Assembly: GCF_001194135.2 (NCBI RefSeq)
Contig: NC_068984.1
Coordinates: forward strand, 65,868,211 to 65,932,210
DNA: 64,000 bases
Reading direction: 5' to 3'
Origin: Octopus bimaculoides
Taxonomy: Eukaryota
The position numbers and the translations under genes are program-made. How positions within the stretch are numbered: position 1 is the first letter of the stretch; each line of letters opens with the position of its first letter. Shown in pieces: positions 23,780 through 39,119 of the stretch. The notes beneath the pieces were generated by a model. That model was given only the letters and a program-made list of their open reading frames with translations, did not search any database and was not told the origin of the DNA.

Positions 23780-26663
23780 NNNNNNNNNNNNNNNNNNNNN
23801 NNNNNNNNNNNNNNNNNNNNNNNNNNNNNNNNNNNNNNNNNNNNNNNNNNNNNTATATATATAGCTGGTTGATTTGCTACAATGAGCAATCAAACCTCTC
23901 TTAAATTATACACTACCTTTTAAAGAAAAGAAAGACAAAGACATAATATAGTTGTAGGTACATTATCAGTGAAACTAAAAGACATGATTGTTGCAACTGG
24001 AAATGTTGTTGTTTATAGGCATACTTAATCAGGGATAGCATGACACTAAATAACAACAACAATACTAGTGCATTTAGTGTATCTGAAGGTTTGGTCATCT
24101 GTCAGTCTTATAGTCTTTTTCTATTGCATTTATACAGTTGTTTATTGCTAAACTGAAATAAGCATGTTTCAAAAAGCTTTCATATGCACTTTTGATGAAT
24201 TTTTCATGAGAATTCTGGTGACATCAAAAACTTAGTTTATAAAATGAAAATAAATGTGCTGCCAATACTTACAGCCTTTGCTTTGAAAGATTATTATATT
24301 GTTACAGCTGTCAGTATTAATAGTCAACCAAAATACCTTTTAATGTTTGATATTGACTATATTTTTGCTTGAACAATGTTAAAAAAATACTTCCCCTTTA
24401 TCAAAATGTAAAGCATTTTATTCCAGCTTTCATCAAGCTAAATTTGTTCATATTTAGTTGAAAGAGGAGACATAATACTCATGACCTTTGTTTTCCTCTT
24501 AAATAGATACAATCAGTACAAAAACAGATATAGGTTGACCCTTGCATGGGAAGAAGATGGAATGAGAAGGCATTCTAGAGAGAAAACATTAAATATTAAA
24601 TATGAAAGTTTGTTGGGTGGCACTGCAAGGCTGATGTTAGAAGTCTAGATTTATATCTAAATTATGCCAATGTATGAAATGGGTGAGATTATCTGCATTT
24701 GAGTATAGGCTGTTATAAAGTAACAATAAGAATCCATAAAATGGGTTAAAAGAGAAGAAAGAGAGAAAGAGATATTGCCTACATATGAGCAACTTTGAAA
24801 TGAAGTTGTTTAACCCCAAGTCAGTCTTTATTGAGTATATCAATGGATTTAGCCTTTTCATGAATGTCATCTAATGTATTCGTCTATTATAAAAGATGGT
24901 AGGGAATAATTTTCAAGAGACTTGACTGTTATGCTTGGCAAGTTGGGCAGCTATGCCAAGGTTTCTTAGTTGGTCTGTCAATTCATGTGCCCAACATAAC
25001 TAAAAGCATTTTTCTGTGTCAAACGTAACAACATTGTTCTCATAAAAGTTTTTTTTAGAGTAAGAGACCATTGGTGCATGATACAGAAGATTAAATCTCA
25101 GCTTGATTCATCTCTATAGTAAAATTACCATAACTAAAGTAAAAGAGATGCAATGGAATTTAAACTAAAGAAAAAGAAGATTATATATAACCATTTCCAT
25201 AATCTATGTTTGAATTCATGGTGGTGGAGGAGAGATGAAATAACAATGAAGAATGAGAGGAGAAAGATGCAAAAGTATAGGAGAAAAATGACAATTTTGA
25301 ACTGTCACCTAAGCCTAGCAACAACCTTTTGTACAATTAGATTTCTTATGTAACCCTGTATGCATATATGTCTTTCATTTTATGACAACCTTTGTTGAGG
25401 AAATTAATTAAATATATTGAAGAAATAAAATAGAGATCTTGGGGGAAGCAATAAAATATGACTGAGCCTTGCAAACTTATTTAAAATCTATTACCGTTTC
25501 TTAATTAAACATAAAAATAAATAGTAAATTTTGATAATTAATAACACATACATACTTCATTCTGCACAGGATGTGCAGTTTTCAGAGATTTTTCTTCCAA
25601 TATTTAATTGCTGTTTATTTATAAACAATCAATTAATAATCTAAAACAAAATAAATAAGATTTAAAATAAATGGGTGCTGTTTTATTGTCTTAATATTAT
25701 ATTAAGCTCAATTAACATACACACTCTGTAAATTATTCTATTGCTTTTTGTTAAAATATTAACATGAACATAAACAGAAATATTTATACATATTAATCTT
25801 TATATTAATATTAAAAAAATATAATCATTAGTTAATGGATTATCACTTCTTTATAACATATAGCAACATGAGATTTGAAATATCATAAATTTAATCCGTG
25901 TAAAACAACTTGTTTAACTAAAAATTCAATAAATAATAGAAATCTCTCAATTTACAAAGGGGCAGTGATTTTATATCAAAGTATAACTGACTGTCCACTT
26001 ATTTCACAAATACAGATACATGCATATGTGAATGTATTACATAAAAATCTATCAATAATGATGGAGGCAATACGATAGCATCTGTGTTGAAATGGAAACT
26101 TAGCTATTGAAGTCTTTGTATTTATTCCACACATATTTCATATAAATCTTGCTTGTTTTATTTGTTTTTCATTCAATATAATAAAGTGGGTAATGTTAAT
26201 GTAGTCATTTTGTCTGGGTTTATGGGGTTCATATAAAATGAATAGCAATTATTGTCATGTACACACACCCACATCCTCACACAAATTGCATTACCAAGTG
26301 ATGAATAATAACCAATCAAAATATTCTGATGTTAACCTAGACAAAATGGCCACAAGAACATTATAGACAAAAATAAAGTTTAGAAAACAATCCTTCAAAA
26401 TATTTGAAAAATCACATAAAACATTTCTAATACCAAGACCAAAGAAATTAAATTTGTCATTTGACCTCTAACTAAAAATAACGGTTATTAAGTCAGGAGA
26501 ACCTTTGAAAAATATAATGAGAATCTTTTTAGAAATATATGTAAGAGATATTTTGCTATTTTCCCGATCTACATGAATACAAATTTACATACTTAAAAAA
26601 CAAAATGTAATCGAAGTGACATGAGGCAAACTAGTTTTAATGAAATAAGTTGCCTTTGTGCAG

Positions 26664-26765
26664 AAGCAAATATAATCTCTGAAGCAATGTTTGAATTCAT
26701 TACCTATCACTCAATTCAACACCTTAAATTTAGAGCCACTATGTCTCAACATTCATTATTCGACT
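26664..26765 (+). CDS. Candidate exon (EANIISEAMFEFITYHSIQHLKFRATMSQHSLFD)
   Basis: Acceptor ttgcctttgtgcag|, donor |gtaaat, 102 nt open (phase 1 to 1). Confidence 0.25.
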
Positions 26766-27742
26766 GTAAATGTAGAGGCTGGTTGGCTACAAATCAAAAT
26801 TTATAAATAACACTTCAATAAAACTGAAAGAACATTGGTGGTCATTGCATAAGAATTAATAAATAATTAATGTATTGTTATGTATATTTAATAATAAATT
26901 TAAACACATATGCAATGATATTGTGGTAATCTCTGATATTAAAAACTTGTGCCATAATTAATATCAATGACATTATCAATAGATTAGCTCTTAGATGCAC
27001 CTTCATAAACCTTCAGTTTGCTATCATGATTTTCAGTTGATTGAAAGAATATATTAGATATATTTCCTGAATAGGTATGATAAATTGAAATTCAGTGCTT
27101 ATAATGCTATGAGTATCAAAATATAGTTGAAATGAAGAACTTTACATACAATTTTCATGCAAAATTTGTCTTCAGCATTTAGTATTTTATAACTTGGTTT
27201 CAGTTACAGTTTGACTGATACATATTGGTAGATTTTTGCAGTATGTTATATATATATATTTTTACTATGTTTTATTAAACTCTTTATACTTATAATAACT
27301 TTATTGAAAATTACCAATAAAATTCCCACTTAGGACAAGTCTTGAATATTTTTTTAGAGAAAGTGTGCAGGTGTTTCTTTTACCCTCAAACACACTTCAG
27401 ATTGTTTCTTCCTACGTTTGCACTTCTCTGGAATTACCTCCTTGTTTAAGTTTTTTTACCATTATTCCCTGGACTATATCCTCCAAATTGAGGCTTAAGA
27501 AAAGGTTAAAAATCAATGCCCTTTGTAACCTTCTTTCACAGACAGAAAAAGAAGAAAAAAAAGGAATTGAAGAAAACTTATCTGCAAGAATAAAATTTTC
27601 CTTCCTTCTAATACAATTTTCTAATAAATTTATTAATACTCTTTTATCCCTTATATTATTAACAAGGCATTAATTATTAAAAGAAAAATTCAGTTACATT
27701 GATCTATATCAAGTTCTCTCCCTCTCTCTCTCTCTCTCTCTC

Positions 27743-27789
<47 letters not shown>

Positions 27790-28975
27790 AATGCCTCTGA
27801 TCAAGCTGAGTAGACCAAGGGTTATATAAAACTAACATATACTATTACTCATATGGATCATTTTCACACTCATTATAATCATTATAAATAATATATTTAT
27901 ACGTAATAAATATTTATACATAACAATTATTTGTAAGTAACAGAAATATACTCATTATATTAACAAAATCTATCTTAAAATGTATAAACATCAAAGTACA
28001 TAAACAAATGCCAATTATTTCAGCTTTTAAAGCAAAACATTGACCAACGTTTTTACAAGTTTAATCTTAAAGACAGCAAAATGTGCATCACTTGTCCTTA
28101 TAAATTATGATAAATGAGTCTTACTTTGTTCAAATTACTAGATGCTTAACTTTGAGGTATATGAAAAGAGCAAGCTGATATGGGAAGGAGATCTAAAGAG
28201 AAAAGATGTGATAGAGAAATAAGTAGAAAAGAAGACGGAGAAAGAGTAACGAAGAAAGCGAGCAAGAGAAAGCAAAGGAAGGGATAAAGTTTCTCAAAAG
28301 GGTATCAGATTTCCAACTGGTGTACAATGTAAAGTGAAACATATTTATTTGATGCCAAGAAGGAAATAGAAAAACTTACTTGTTTTTTTTTTTTTTTTTT
28401 TTTTTTTTTTGCATATATTTACAAGAATGATACAAGAACTGAGATATTTAAGAAAAATAATTTGTTTATTTCCTTTCATTTTGTAAATATTCACTAAAAC
28501 TTTATCAAATTTAAGTATCTATAAAGGACCGTGATGAAATATTTATTCAATGAAAAATAGTTTATATATCAACACCAGCCATAAACAATTGAATGTGCTC
28601 AAGAAAGGAAGAAGAAATATTTTTGACATTTCAAATTACACCATTTATTTTATTTGATATATGAGAATTGATTGTTTGTTTTAGCATCTGGTGATTTGCA
28701 AGAATTTTAAAAAATTTATGCAGAACAAAATTGTTAAGTTTTCTTTTCTGGCATAGGTAAGATGAATTTGTTTGATAACCTCTGCTCTTCATTTAGTTTT
28801 GTCTTGAGAAAGTTTTAATAATATCTAACTAGTTTTTTTCATTTTTTTAAAGAAGATATTTACAGAAATGGGGTCAATGTTCATGAACTTTTCAGGACTC
28901 TGAAGCTGGTGATTTTGATGCAGTTACTGTTCAACTAGGCTGGTAACTACCATTTGTAACTGCTAAATGAAATTC

Positions 28976-29427
28976 AGACATGGTTGTATGGTAAGAAGTT
29001 TGCTCATCAACCACATGGTTCTGGGTTCAGTCTCATTGTGTGGCACCATAGTCAAGTGTATTTTGCTATAGCTCCCAGACTGACTAAAGCCTTATGAATA
29101 GATTTAGGGGATGGAATGAAAAGTGCCAATTGCATGTGTGTATGAGTGTTGTGTGTATGTGTGTGTGTGTGTGTTCATATATAGAGCTATGTGTGTGTGT
29201 GTTCATATACAGATCTATGTGTGTGCTTCTTTGAGTTTGTCCCTCACTACTGCTTGACAACCAGTGTTGGCCTCTTTATATTCCCTTAACACTTTGGCAA
29301 AAAGAAATCAACAGAATAGGTACCAGGCTTTAAAAAAATACTGAGACCAATTTGTTTGACTAAACTCTTCAAAACTGTACCCCAGCATTGTTATAGCCCA
29401 ATGTCTGAAACAAGTAAAAGATAAAAG
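28976..29427 (+). mobile_element. SINE family 1, full length with internal (TG)n
   Basis: Head gacatggttgtatggtaagaag...gggttcagtctc; tail ctgaaacaagtaaaagataaaag. Confidence 0.85.
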
Positions 29428-29694
29428 TGATATAACTGTAGCCATAACTCACAAGCAAGTACGATAAGGTAGCTAAGGACAGATTGTATTGTGATAAAAG
29501 GGAGGCTGTATGGCATAGTGTGTATGGGCTTACGAAGCTGGTTCTAAAAGAATACCAAAGAAGACAAAATACTATAAGAAGGATTCATTGGGAGCTCTGT
29601 GGAAAGTATGGATTGGATGAAGCAAAGAATGGTATGCGCAAACTCCAGAAGGAGTAATTGTAAAAAGATATGTGAAGGAATGCATATGCACATA

Positions 29695-29719
29695 CACACA
29701 CGCACACTTTCATGTACAT

Positions 29720-29773
<54 letters not shown>

Positions 29774-29780
29774 ACATATG
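29695..29780. repeat. (CA)n microsatellite
   Basis: Seen directly. Confidence 0.97.
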
Positions 29781-30725
29781 TGCCTAATAGCAAAATGACA
29801 TCATAATGAAATGAAAACCAACAATTTTTTTTAAATGTTGCTTTAAAAAGTATTCTAATACATAAAAGAAAATATAAATTCCATGAAATCCAAGGTATAC
29901 CTATAATAATGAAATCCTTTCGGTATTGAAATATGTCCATAAATACAATGTTTTTGAACTATTTCCTAACAGCCTAACAAAGTCAGGAAAACTTATTATA
30001 AGCTGGCTTATATGTTGGCCCTAATTTAATATATAGATCCAGTAGATTTATAAACTTTAGAAAATATGCACAAACATGCATATATATGCATAAATAAATA
30101 CTCAAGTATTTCAAATTTACCTACAGAAAGCAAAATTTAGAGTATTAACGTATACTGAAAGGAAAAGAAGAAACGAAATACAATCTGAAAATACCTAAGA
30201 ATTTAATTCAAATAACTTTGGCAAAATATGATCAATTTAATCAAAGTTAAAGTGTAAAATATTTTCTCATAGAATCTTTCAATATTTTCGTCATCAATGG
30301 AAACTCAAAGGGATGAGGTTATATTTAGTACAAAAGAAATGTGCCATTAGAAATAAGAAATATACAATTGCTACAGTGAAGAGCAGTAGATATACTTTAC
30401 TCTTTGAAAAGTTCTTGCTGGTGAAAATATATGAACATTTAGAATTCAGAGTTCAGAATCTATTTCAATTAAGTTTATTCAATGCAGTATGCATTTACGT
30501 TTTCCACCATCAGGAAATGCTGTGATTTTAAATGACAGCAACGAGTTATCATTACAAGAGAAATAGCTGAATAAGATAAAGGAATTCCTAAAGCTTACAA
30601 CTTTATCCTAAGTGGATGAGGTATTTTCTCATATTCCATGAGTTCAAATCTATTGCTGGAGTTTACTTATATTGCTGAAAAACAAACACTATATTCTATG
30701 TTATTCATTTTACACATATAACTAG

Positions 30726-30861
30726 GAATGTTATCTCTGAGAGGCCGGTAGCTTTATCAAAGAAAGAATTTGTTAGTCACCTACTTCCTTGTCATGAAAC
30801 CAAATTCTTGCACTTATGTTCCTTTTCTCTTTTTAATAAAGCTTTAACAAAGGAGGAAAGA
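30726..30861 (+). CDS. Candidate exon (NVISERPVALSKKEFVSHLLPCHETKFLHLCSFSLFNKALTKEER)
   Basis: Acceptor ttcattttacacatataactag|, 136 nt open (phase 2 to 0), donor aga|gtaaac with an in-frame stop just after. Confidence 0.3.
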
Positions 30862-31272
30862 GTAAACTGACACTTTTAAAGTACTATTCTACTAGTCAGG
30901 TCAGATATGGGGAATGCACCATTGCAATGTGTTGTGGTATCCACCTTTTGTTGATATCTTCTTAGGTCATCCTTGGCAAGTCTCTGAGCAATGTCTCAGT
31001 CATTCCCCTTTGTGAAATATTTCTTTATCTAGCATGACCATGAGCTATAATAGCCTAAAATTCCTGTCAAAATTCAGAACAAACCAAGGAAAAAGAGAAG
31101 CATTTGGTTTCCATAACAACTAGGTTGTGCCTCTTAAGAAAACATCTGCTAACATGTATCACTACTTCCTAAGCTAAAACACACATGTTCCAGTTACCAT
31201 GGATCCCTCCCATTTAACCTGCTAGATATAACAACCAAACCACCTTCAAAATTTAGCCTACAACCTTTTTAA

Positions 31273-31465
31273 TATCTTTTCTACTATAGGTACAAAGCGT
31301 GAAATGTTGAGGGAGGCGACTAATCAACTACATTGGCTCCAGTGTTCAGCTTGTACTTAATTCATCAACCCTCAAAGGATTTTGAACTCAGCGCAAACAA
31401 ACAGATGAAACACTGCTAAGCAGTTTGTCTAACATACTAATCATTCTGCCAGTTCACTGCCTTTA
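31273..31465 (-). mobile_element. SINE family 2, diverged
   Basis: Reverse complement of 8250-8464. Confidence 0.75.
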
Positions 31466-33420
31466 CTAATATAGAAAAGTAAAAGTATATATGTATATTC
31501 CAAGTTGCTGACTACAGTTTTGCACCTACAGAGATGAAATTTTGCAAACAAGTACATTTTTTTAAAGGGAAATAGAATACATAACTTTGTGCAAAATTTC
31601 TTCGTTTAACCTCCTAAAAACATTAAGAATATTATAGACTCATAAAACCTGCAATAGACACTAAAAAATTAATGATTTGAAAAATACTTAAGAATAATTA
31701 CATAAATTAGTACAGTAGTCAATATATAAGGACCTATAAATTTTGAAAACCACTCAATTCATACAGAAGGCTTAAGATAGAAGGCCCTATTACATAACCT
31801 GAAGATTATATTATGCAATAGTAATTACATTGCTCAATATTATATTAATGATGCAAATTACACCAACTATATTGCTTCATATTATAATTAATGATAATTA
31901 CGATACTAGTTATATTAATTTATATTTAAAAAACAAAACAATAAGTTAGCTGCCATCTAATTGCTATATATTACGGAAAATATTTTCAAGGAATATATTT
32001 TTCCACATCTTAACTACAAAATAATTATGACAAAGTTTCAGATACATAAAACATTTCAATCAGCTTAAATTATCAATGTAAAATTAAGAGTTATATATAT
32101 TTGGTTATAATTTTTAGTATACTACAAGAATCAGCTAAATATATAGCAAAATAATTTACAGAGAAACAGGATACAAAAAGATTGTATTATTTCTTAAAAT
32201 AATTACAGACTTACACGACTTATCTTAAAAATTAATTTAAGCTTATTTGTTCATGTAATTCTATTCTGAACATTCTAATATTACCTATCACCTTTGTTTA
32301 TTTAATAAATTGAACAATGTTTACATGCTAAATCAAAAATAAGTTAGTTTTGGTGGGTAAAATATGCTTTAGTGGGGTTTGATAAAATTAAAGTGTTTTG
32401 AAAAATATTTCTACATACCTGGAGGTGTGTGTAAAATAAAAAGACAAAATTCAAGGGAGGTATCTTTAGTATAACATGTTGATTGAAATGCTTGTATGAT
32501 ATAAACAATGCCAACTGAAGATAATCTGGCATTTAAGCCTACTGGTGAAAACAGCCAACGTGCTTTAGTTTTATTAAATCTCCTCAGTAAAGCATTTACC
32601 AAAACTAACTTAATCTTGAAGTAGCATTAAAATTTTGTTTAATTTATTAAATAAAAAAAAGATAACAGGTAACATTAGAATGTTTTAAATAGAAATATAT
32701 GTACAAATAAACTTTAATTAAGTTTTAAGGTATGTCATGTAAGTTTTTTTATTTCCTTAATAAAGCATGCACTCTTCCTGCATATCAGATGCCTGTAAAT
32801 TATTTTAGCTAACCCTTGTAGTATATTCTAAAAAATGTCATATAACTTTTAATTTTAAATACCTGTATGGCAATAATATAAATTTGAAGTGGTGGAAGTC
32901 AATAAATAACTAATATTAAAGATTTCTTGATCTTTAGGCAAGATCAATGAAAGAAGAAAAAAACAAACCTTTATACAATATTTACTAAGGATTTTGGTAA
33001 ATAAGGATAGACTTCCAGCAAAATGTCAACCTGAACATATTTTGAAATATCACTTCTGAGGTGATGAGATCTGTCAGCAGTGCACTTCATGGAAGCTCTC
33101 ATTGATTATCTTATAACTACTGTTCTCTTAAGGCTACATAATGCAATAAGTTGCTTCACAGAGCAATATCATGAGATTTTATATTTATTTGGATTGTACC
33201 ATGTTCTATGCAAGATATATTATTGAAATAAGTAGAAAAGTAAAGTAGCCAAATAAGGCTGAAAGAACTAATTATAACAGAAGAGATTTTACAGTAGAGA
33301 AAAATTATGGATTGCATATAATTAGCTTATATTTTACATAAAATTTGTTTGAAAATTCTTTCATCTATTTAATAATGATTGAAAAACATTGTGTAAAATA
33401 TTTTCAGAATGAAAGTATGT

Positions 33421-33550
33421 AGAGGCACAGGCATGGCTGTGTGGTTAAGAGTCCACTTTGCAGCCACACAGTTTCAGGGTCAGTCCCACTTCATGGCACC
33501 TTGGACAAGTGTCTTCTACTATAGCCTCAAGTCAACACATGCTTAGTGAG
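33421..33550 (+). mobile_element. SINE family 1 head
   Basis: aggcatggctgtgtggttaagag (A box) ... gggtcagtccc (B box) ... ggcaccttggacaagtgtcttctactatagcc. Confidence 0.8.
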
Positions 33551-36450
33551 AAAATTTAGCATCTATTATAAATACATATAAATTCTTTTATTTCACTCTA
33601 ATGAACCTATATCTGTATACACCTTCATATATCTATTTAAAGATACCCACTTTTTTGCTCTCATGAAAGTACATCTCTCCATGTCACCCTTTAGATCATT
33701 TTCCGCTTAAACTCTAACAGTCTATTCTATAGTCATTTCCCCTTTACCTAAATAACTTTAACTAGCATATCAGTTTCTATGGGACCATGCAATTTAGGTG
33801 GACAACAATATAAATAATTTAAACATACCAATAATAATCCTGAAACATTATAATAGCATTTTTGAGCAAATGATGGACTGATATAACTAAATGATTGGAG
33901 ACAGATATAAACTATTATGAATATCACAAATTCAGGTGAAAAACAATATAATCTTGCCAGTAGAAGTAATTACCAAATAATATGTACATTTTTGAGTAAA
34001 TAAATGACTGATATAACATTGAATATTACACATTCTTTCTACATTCTAGAAGTGAGCTTTTAAGTCTTTAGTTACATGTTAAAATAATCTCTGAGTGCTT
34101 GTTGATTATTTTATTATTACATAATATTATTTCAAGTGTCTTTTCCAAGCATAGATCATACTCTTTTGAGTATGCATTATAAGGTTTGCATTTCATATTA
34201 CTGTCCAAATCATGCAGTATTGTATCTCATTCCTACTTGAAGTACATATATATATATATATATAAACTCATGTTAACCCTTTACTACATTTATCTCATCT
34301 TTATCCAACTGCCACACTCTTTTCACACTCTCATGAACTTACATACTCATTCACTCTGTCCAATCTTCTGCATCACTTCTCTTATGTAAACCTTTCTCTA
34401 ACTTGAGGATATGTTCTGACACCTATTCACCAAATTTCATTCCTTTTCCAACAAGGGTAGCCATGTATTTCCTCTACTGCAACACACCTGTTTTTGTTGC
34501 TCTGTCATACATTAACTTCTCATCAGCTGGCATAAATCCACCTCCCTCAATACTACAACCTACCTCTGTTGAGTTTTATCTTGCAAGTTATTTAGTGACC
34601 TCACTAGTACCAGTGCCATATAAAAACCACCCGGTACACTCTGTGTTGATTTAATTAAAACCTATGCACACGACTGGATTAATGACATGAAAAATTCATC
34701 TTGGCAAAGTCAGAATATGCAGGGATGTAAGTAAATACTTCAAAACAAAATGCCATCCATCCCTCTTTCAAATATACATAGATTTCTAACATGAGTAGAA
34801 GGCCACAAATTTGGTATAAGGTGAGCAGTTTATTATATAACATCATTATTTCACTGGTACGTATTTAATAAACCCTGGAAAGATAAGTAGCAATGATAAC
34901 CTCAGTAGAATTTAAATTTAGCATATAAGAAGTCATAACTAAATACTGCCTGGAATTGTGTAAGCTTCTCCACTAATATTACCATCTATTGCCTGTATTT
35001 TCTATACATGTATAAATCATATGAAAATCTTTATAGAGAAAGCGATGTTAAAATCGGTTAACTTATGTATATAATAAGTATAATAAGCTAATACTTATTT
35101 CAGTTATTGAAAAACAGAAATATTACAGATGTCATTGTTTCATTGATTTTTCATTTGTCAGAGAGAAAATCATGCCTAATGTTTCAAATGAACCTGTGAC
35201 AACAACACTTACAATAGTTTGCAGTCATCTATTGTTGGGTTTTTCAATATGATGGTCCCCCTATGAATAACTTAGAAAGCAATAATCTGAAGAGGAAAAC
35301 CGAAAACTAAGTGTGTCTTACTTATCAGACACAGGCAAAGGCTTCAATCAAAGCCAAGACTGATAATGGCAATAACAACAACAAAAATTCCATAAATAAA
35401 ATTTGAATGTCAAGAAATAAGGTGAGGGCTATCAAAGACTGAGTAAATCTGAAATATTTGGCAGGCAAAAATTCCTGAGATAAGAATCAACTTAGTAGAA
35501 GCAAAAACAATTATGTGTTTTCTTTTACTACAATAACAGATTATGTCTTATTACTTATTGTATTTATCTTACTGATATGTGTACCCATTAAGTCTTATGT
35601 ACCTTCATCTTACTGACAATTACTTGAGAAATTGTCATCGTAAACATAAAAAGTCTGGGAGAAAGTAAAAGTCACATGTAAAATATTTCATTTGTTCATA
35701 ATTGTTCTCTTATTAAAAATAAATCTAAGCTACTTAAATCTGACACAAAATGATGCATTTCGAATAAAAAGCTATGAAAAGTCTCTAGCTTGTCACTCAG
35801 CCTTAATACACTAAAATATAGTCTTTCAAACATTGATTTATAACAATTGCCAAGATAAAATAAATATATTTCAACAAAACAAAGAACAAAATGTCTGATT
35901 TAAATATGTTACACTATTGTTATATAAAGATTTAGCTACTGACTAAATACTAATTGAATTAAATGGTAGGTTTATCTAGTTATAACAATTAATTCCATCA
36001 TCATCTTCAACATCAGTGCATTACTATTATTCTCTGTTCTTTTCATTTATGAGGTTTAAATTTCTCATGATAAATGAATAAAAAATGCATTAACAATCTA
36101 ATTGAATTTGTCTGATGTAGTGATAATGATAGGCCTTGTAATTAACCACTTCTTTTATTGATATGGCAAAATTTTCTCAAATACTAAGAGATAACAAGTA
36201 AGTTTTTCTTAGAAAGTTAGATCTTAATAATTTCACACAAAAATGACACAGCTTTAAAATGAAGCAGATGTCAATTCTACCATAATAACTCTAGTATATT
36301 CCATTGATTATCTCAAGTGAATAAATAATGTAGACCACCTGTCCTACACCACTTTTTCAGTTGCTTTAGCTAAATATTTAATGAATTTAACAATCATTCA
36401 CTTACATTATGAGAAATACTATACCAGAAATACTAATACAATTTTGTGAA

Positions 36451-36668
36451 GAAGCATGTTTCTCAGTGGTTAGGTAATGATGTTGCACTCATAATCATTA
36501 GATTCTGGTTTCAATTCCTGGACCAGACAGTGTGTTGTGTTCTTGAGCAGAACACTTCATTTCATGTTGCTCCAGCCCATTCAGCTGGCAAAAAGGAGTA
36601 ATCCTGTGATGGACTGGCATTGCATCCAGGGGAAGAATATATATGCCACAAAATCTAGAAAACAGACC
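36451..36668 (+). mobile_element. SINE family 3
   Basis: A/B-box-like head, then gtgttcttgagcagaacacttcatttcatgttgctccagcccattcagctggcaaaa. Confidence 0.78.
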
Positions 36669-37150
36669 TCTGTATGTATCTTTCTATGGTATTATTGTTT
36701 GCAAAGTATTAATTTCCTACCAGTATACTTGCTTTAAATTGAATTTAAGCACTGCCTAAAATATAACTAATTGTAATAACAGAATCTTCAAACTTTCACC
36801 TTACACTTTAAACTAATCTTCTAATGTAAAATGAAATTCAATATACTAAATTAGAAAAAGAGATATTGAACCTTTGATTGGATTCAAAGTAACTATCTAT
36901 CATTTTCCAGGTAACAGCATTACTCATTCCACAAGAAAGCATCTACCACAGCTTCTTGAATTAAATACAAAAATATAACTATTATAATTTAAGATATTTT
37001 GCTGTTATTTTATTATGAAATATTTTATCCCATAAGATAATTACAGTCATACATTACATACATACACATATAACATATATGGATACACGTATACTAATGC
37101 CCAACAGAGCAAGGTGCCCCAATTTCTATTGATGTTTGTAACAAACAGCA

Positions 37151-37403
37151 GAAGCACGTGGTTCAGTAAGTTAGGGTGTCGCACTCATGATCATAAGACT
37201 GTGGTTTTGATTCCTGGACTGGACAATGTGTTTTGTGCTTGTGCAAAACATTTCATTTCACATTACTCCAGTCCACTCAGCTAAAACAAAAAGAGTATTC
37301 CTGCAATGGATTGGCATCCCATCCAGTGGGTAGTTGATTTGCTTAAGGATCCAAGGAATTGGTCCCATGAGTCTACATGACTTGGGAAGGAACTTTTTAC
37401 CTT
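37151..37403 (+). mobile_element. SINE family 3
   Basis: Collinear with 36451-36668. Confidence 0.78.
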
Positions 37404-39119
37404 TGTAACAAGAAATAACTACATGAATCAAACTGAATTAACTGCTGAGAATTTAAATATAAAGTGATATTAGATATATGCACCAATCTGAGATACAAAA
37501 GTTTATTAGTTAATTCATACCTAACTTGATTCATGAGGCTGCTTCTTCTGACAAACCTATCGTGATAATGCTAAAATATCATGGTAATTTTATTAATACA
37601 AGTAAGAGTAAAAATTAAAAAATTATAAATGAAACCGAATTCTATACAAAAATTAGTCTGGTACCGTCATTTATATCCTTGATTTATCTACAAGTTGGCA
37701 TAAGGATTTGTAATATTTCCCAACTGTATTTGCTATATAATACTTCATATATGCTTTATTTGTATGTCCCTTATCTTTTCTGACGTATAAATTTTAGCGT
37801 TATTCCTTCCTACAAAACCCAAAAAGAATTTTACATGAAAATGAACTTTAAATTCTAACATCTAGTATTTATTCTTCACACAGGTAACTCTTTTACTTGC
37901 ATCCATGAAAAATGTATGAATGTATTCCACTCTTTAACGATTTTATGAGAATTTCTTTTCTAAATTTTTTTCAACTGCTAAAGGAAGAAATAACATTCTA
38001 AATACTTTTCCTGGAGGAAAAATTACAAACAATCTTTGCAAAAGCAGTTATGATCAAATAATTTTTAATCTATTAGGGAAATAGTCTGTGATGGAATATG
38101 TATCTGTCACATTTAAGAAAAATTTATATACAAAGAAAAAGAAAATAGAAACATAAACTTGTAATATTTTAGAAACTGAATTTAACATTGCAAAGAATAA
38201 ATTCTGATATCTGAAATAAGAAAGTAAACATCAAAATAATGAACTTTATATAAAGGTCTACTATTATGTATATTCCAGAGAAATACACGTTTCTCTCTCT
38301 CTCCANNNNNNNNNNNNNNNNNNNNNNNNNNNNNNNNNNNNNNNNNNNNNNNNNNNNNNNNNNNNNNNNNNNNNNNNNNNNNNNNNNNNNNNNNNNNNNN
38401 NNNNNNNNNNNNNNNNNNNNNNNNNNNNNNNNNNNNNNNNNNNNNNNNNNNNNNNNNNNNNNNNNNNNNNNNNNNNNNNNNNNNNNNNNNNNNNNNNNNN
38501 NNNNNNNNNNNNNNNNNNNNNNNNNNNNNNNNNNNNNNNNNNNNNNNNNNNNNNNNNNNNNNNNNNNNNNNNNNNNNNNNNNNNNNNNNNNNNNNNNNNN
38601 NNNNNNNNNNNNNNNNNNNNNNNNNNNNNNNNNNNNNNNNNNNNNNNNNNNNNNNNNNNNNNNNNNNNNNNNNNNNNNNNNNNNNNNNNNNNNNNNNNNN
38701 NNNNNNNNNNNNNNNNNNNNNNNNNNNNNNNNNNNNNNNNNNNNNNNNNNNNNNNNNNNNNNNNNNNNNNNNNNNNNNNNNNNNNNNNNNNNNNNNNNNN
38801 NNNNNNNNNNNNNNNNNNNNNNNNNNNNNNNNNNNNNNNNNNNNNNNNNNNNNNNNNNNNNNNNNNNNNNNNNNNNNNNNNNNNNNNNNNNNNNNNNNNN
38901 NNNNNNNNNNNNNNNNNNNNNNNNNNNNNNNNNNNNNNNNNNNNNNNNNNNNNNNNNNNNNNNNNNNATATATATATATATATATATATATATAAATGAT
39001 ATGAAGGGTTTAATTCACTGGTGATCTCAATGAATAGATACGCTGAGTAAGTGCTATAATTGGTCATCCATTAGGTTCCAAGTTCATGGCTGAGGCTGGA
39101 GTTAGGGATCCATATTAGG

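Noticed and set aside
28685-28756. Segments with strong splice sites but in-frame stops (also 59931-60023)
   Set aside because: All frames are closed; cannot be called coding or noncoding exons without RNA data.
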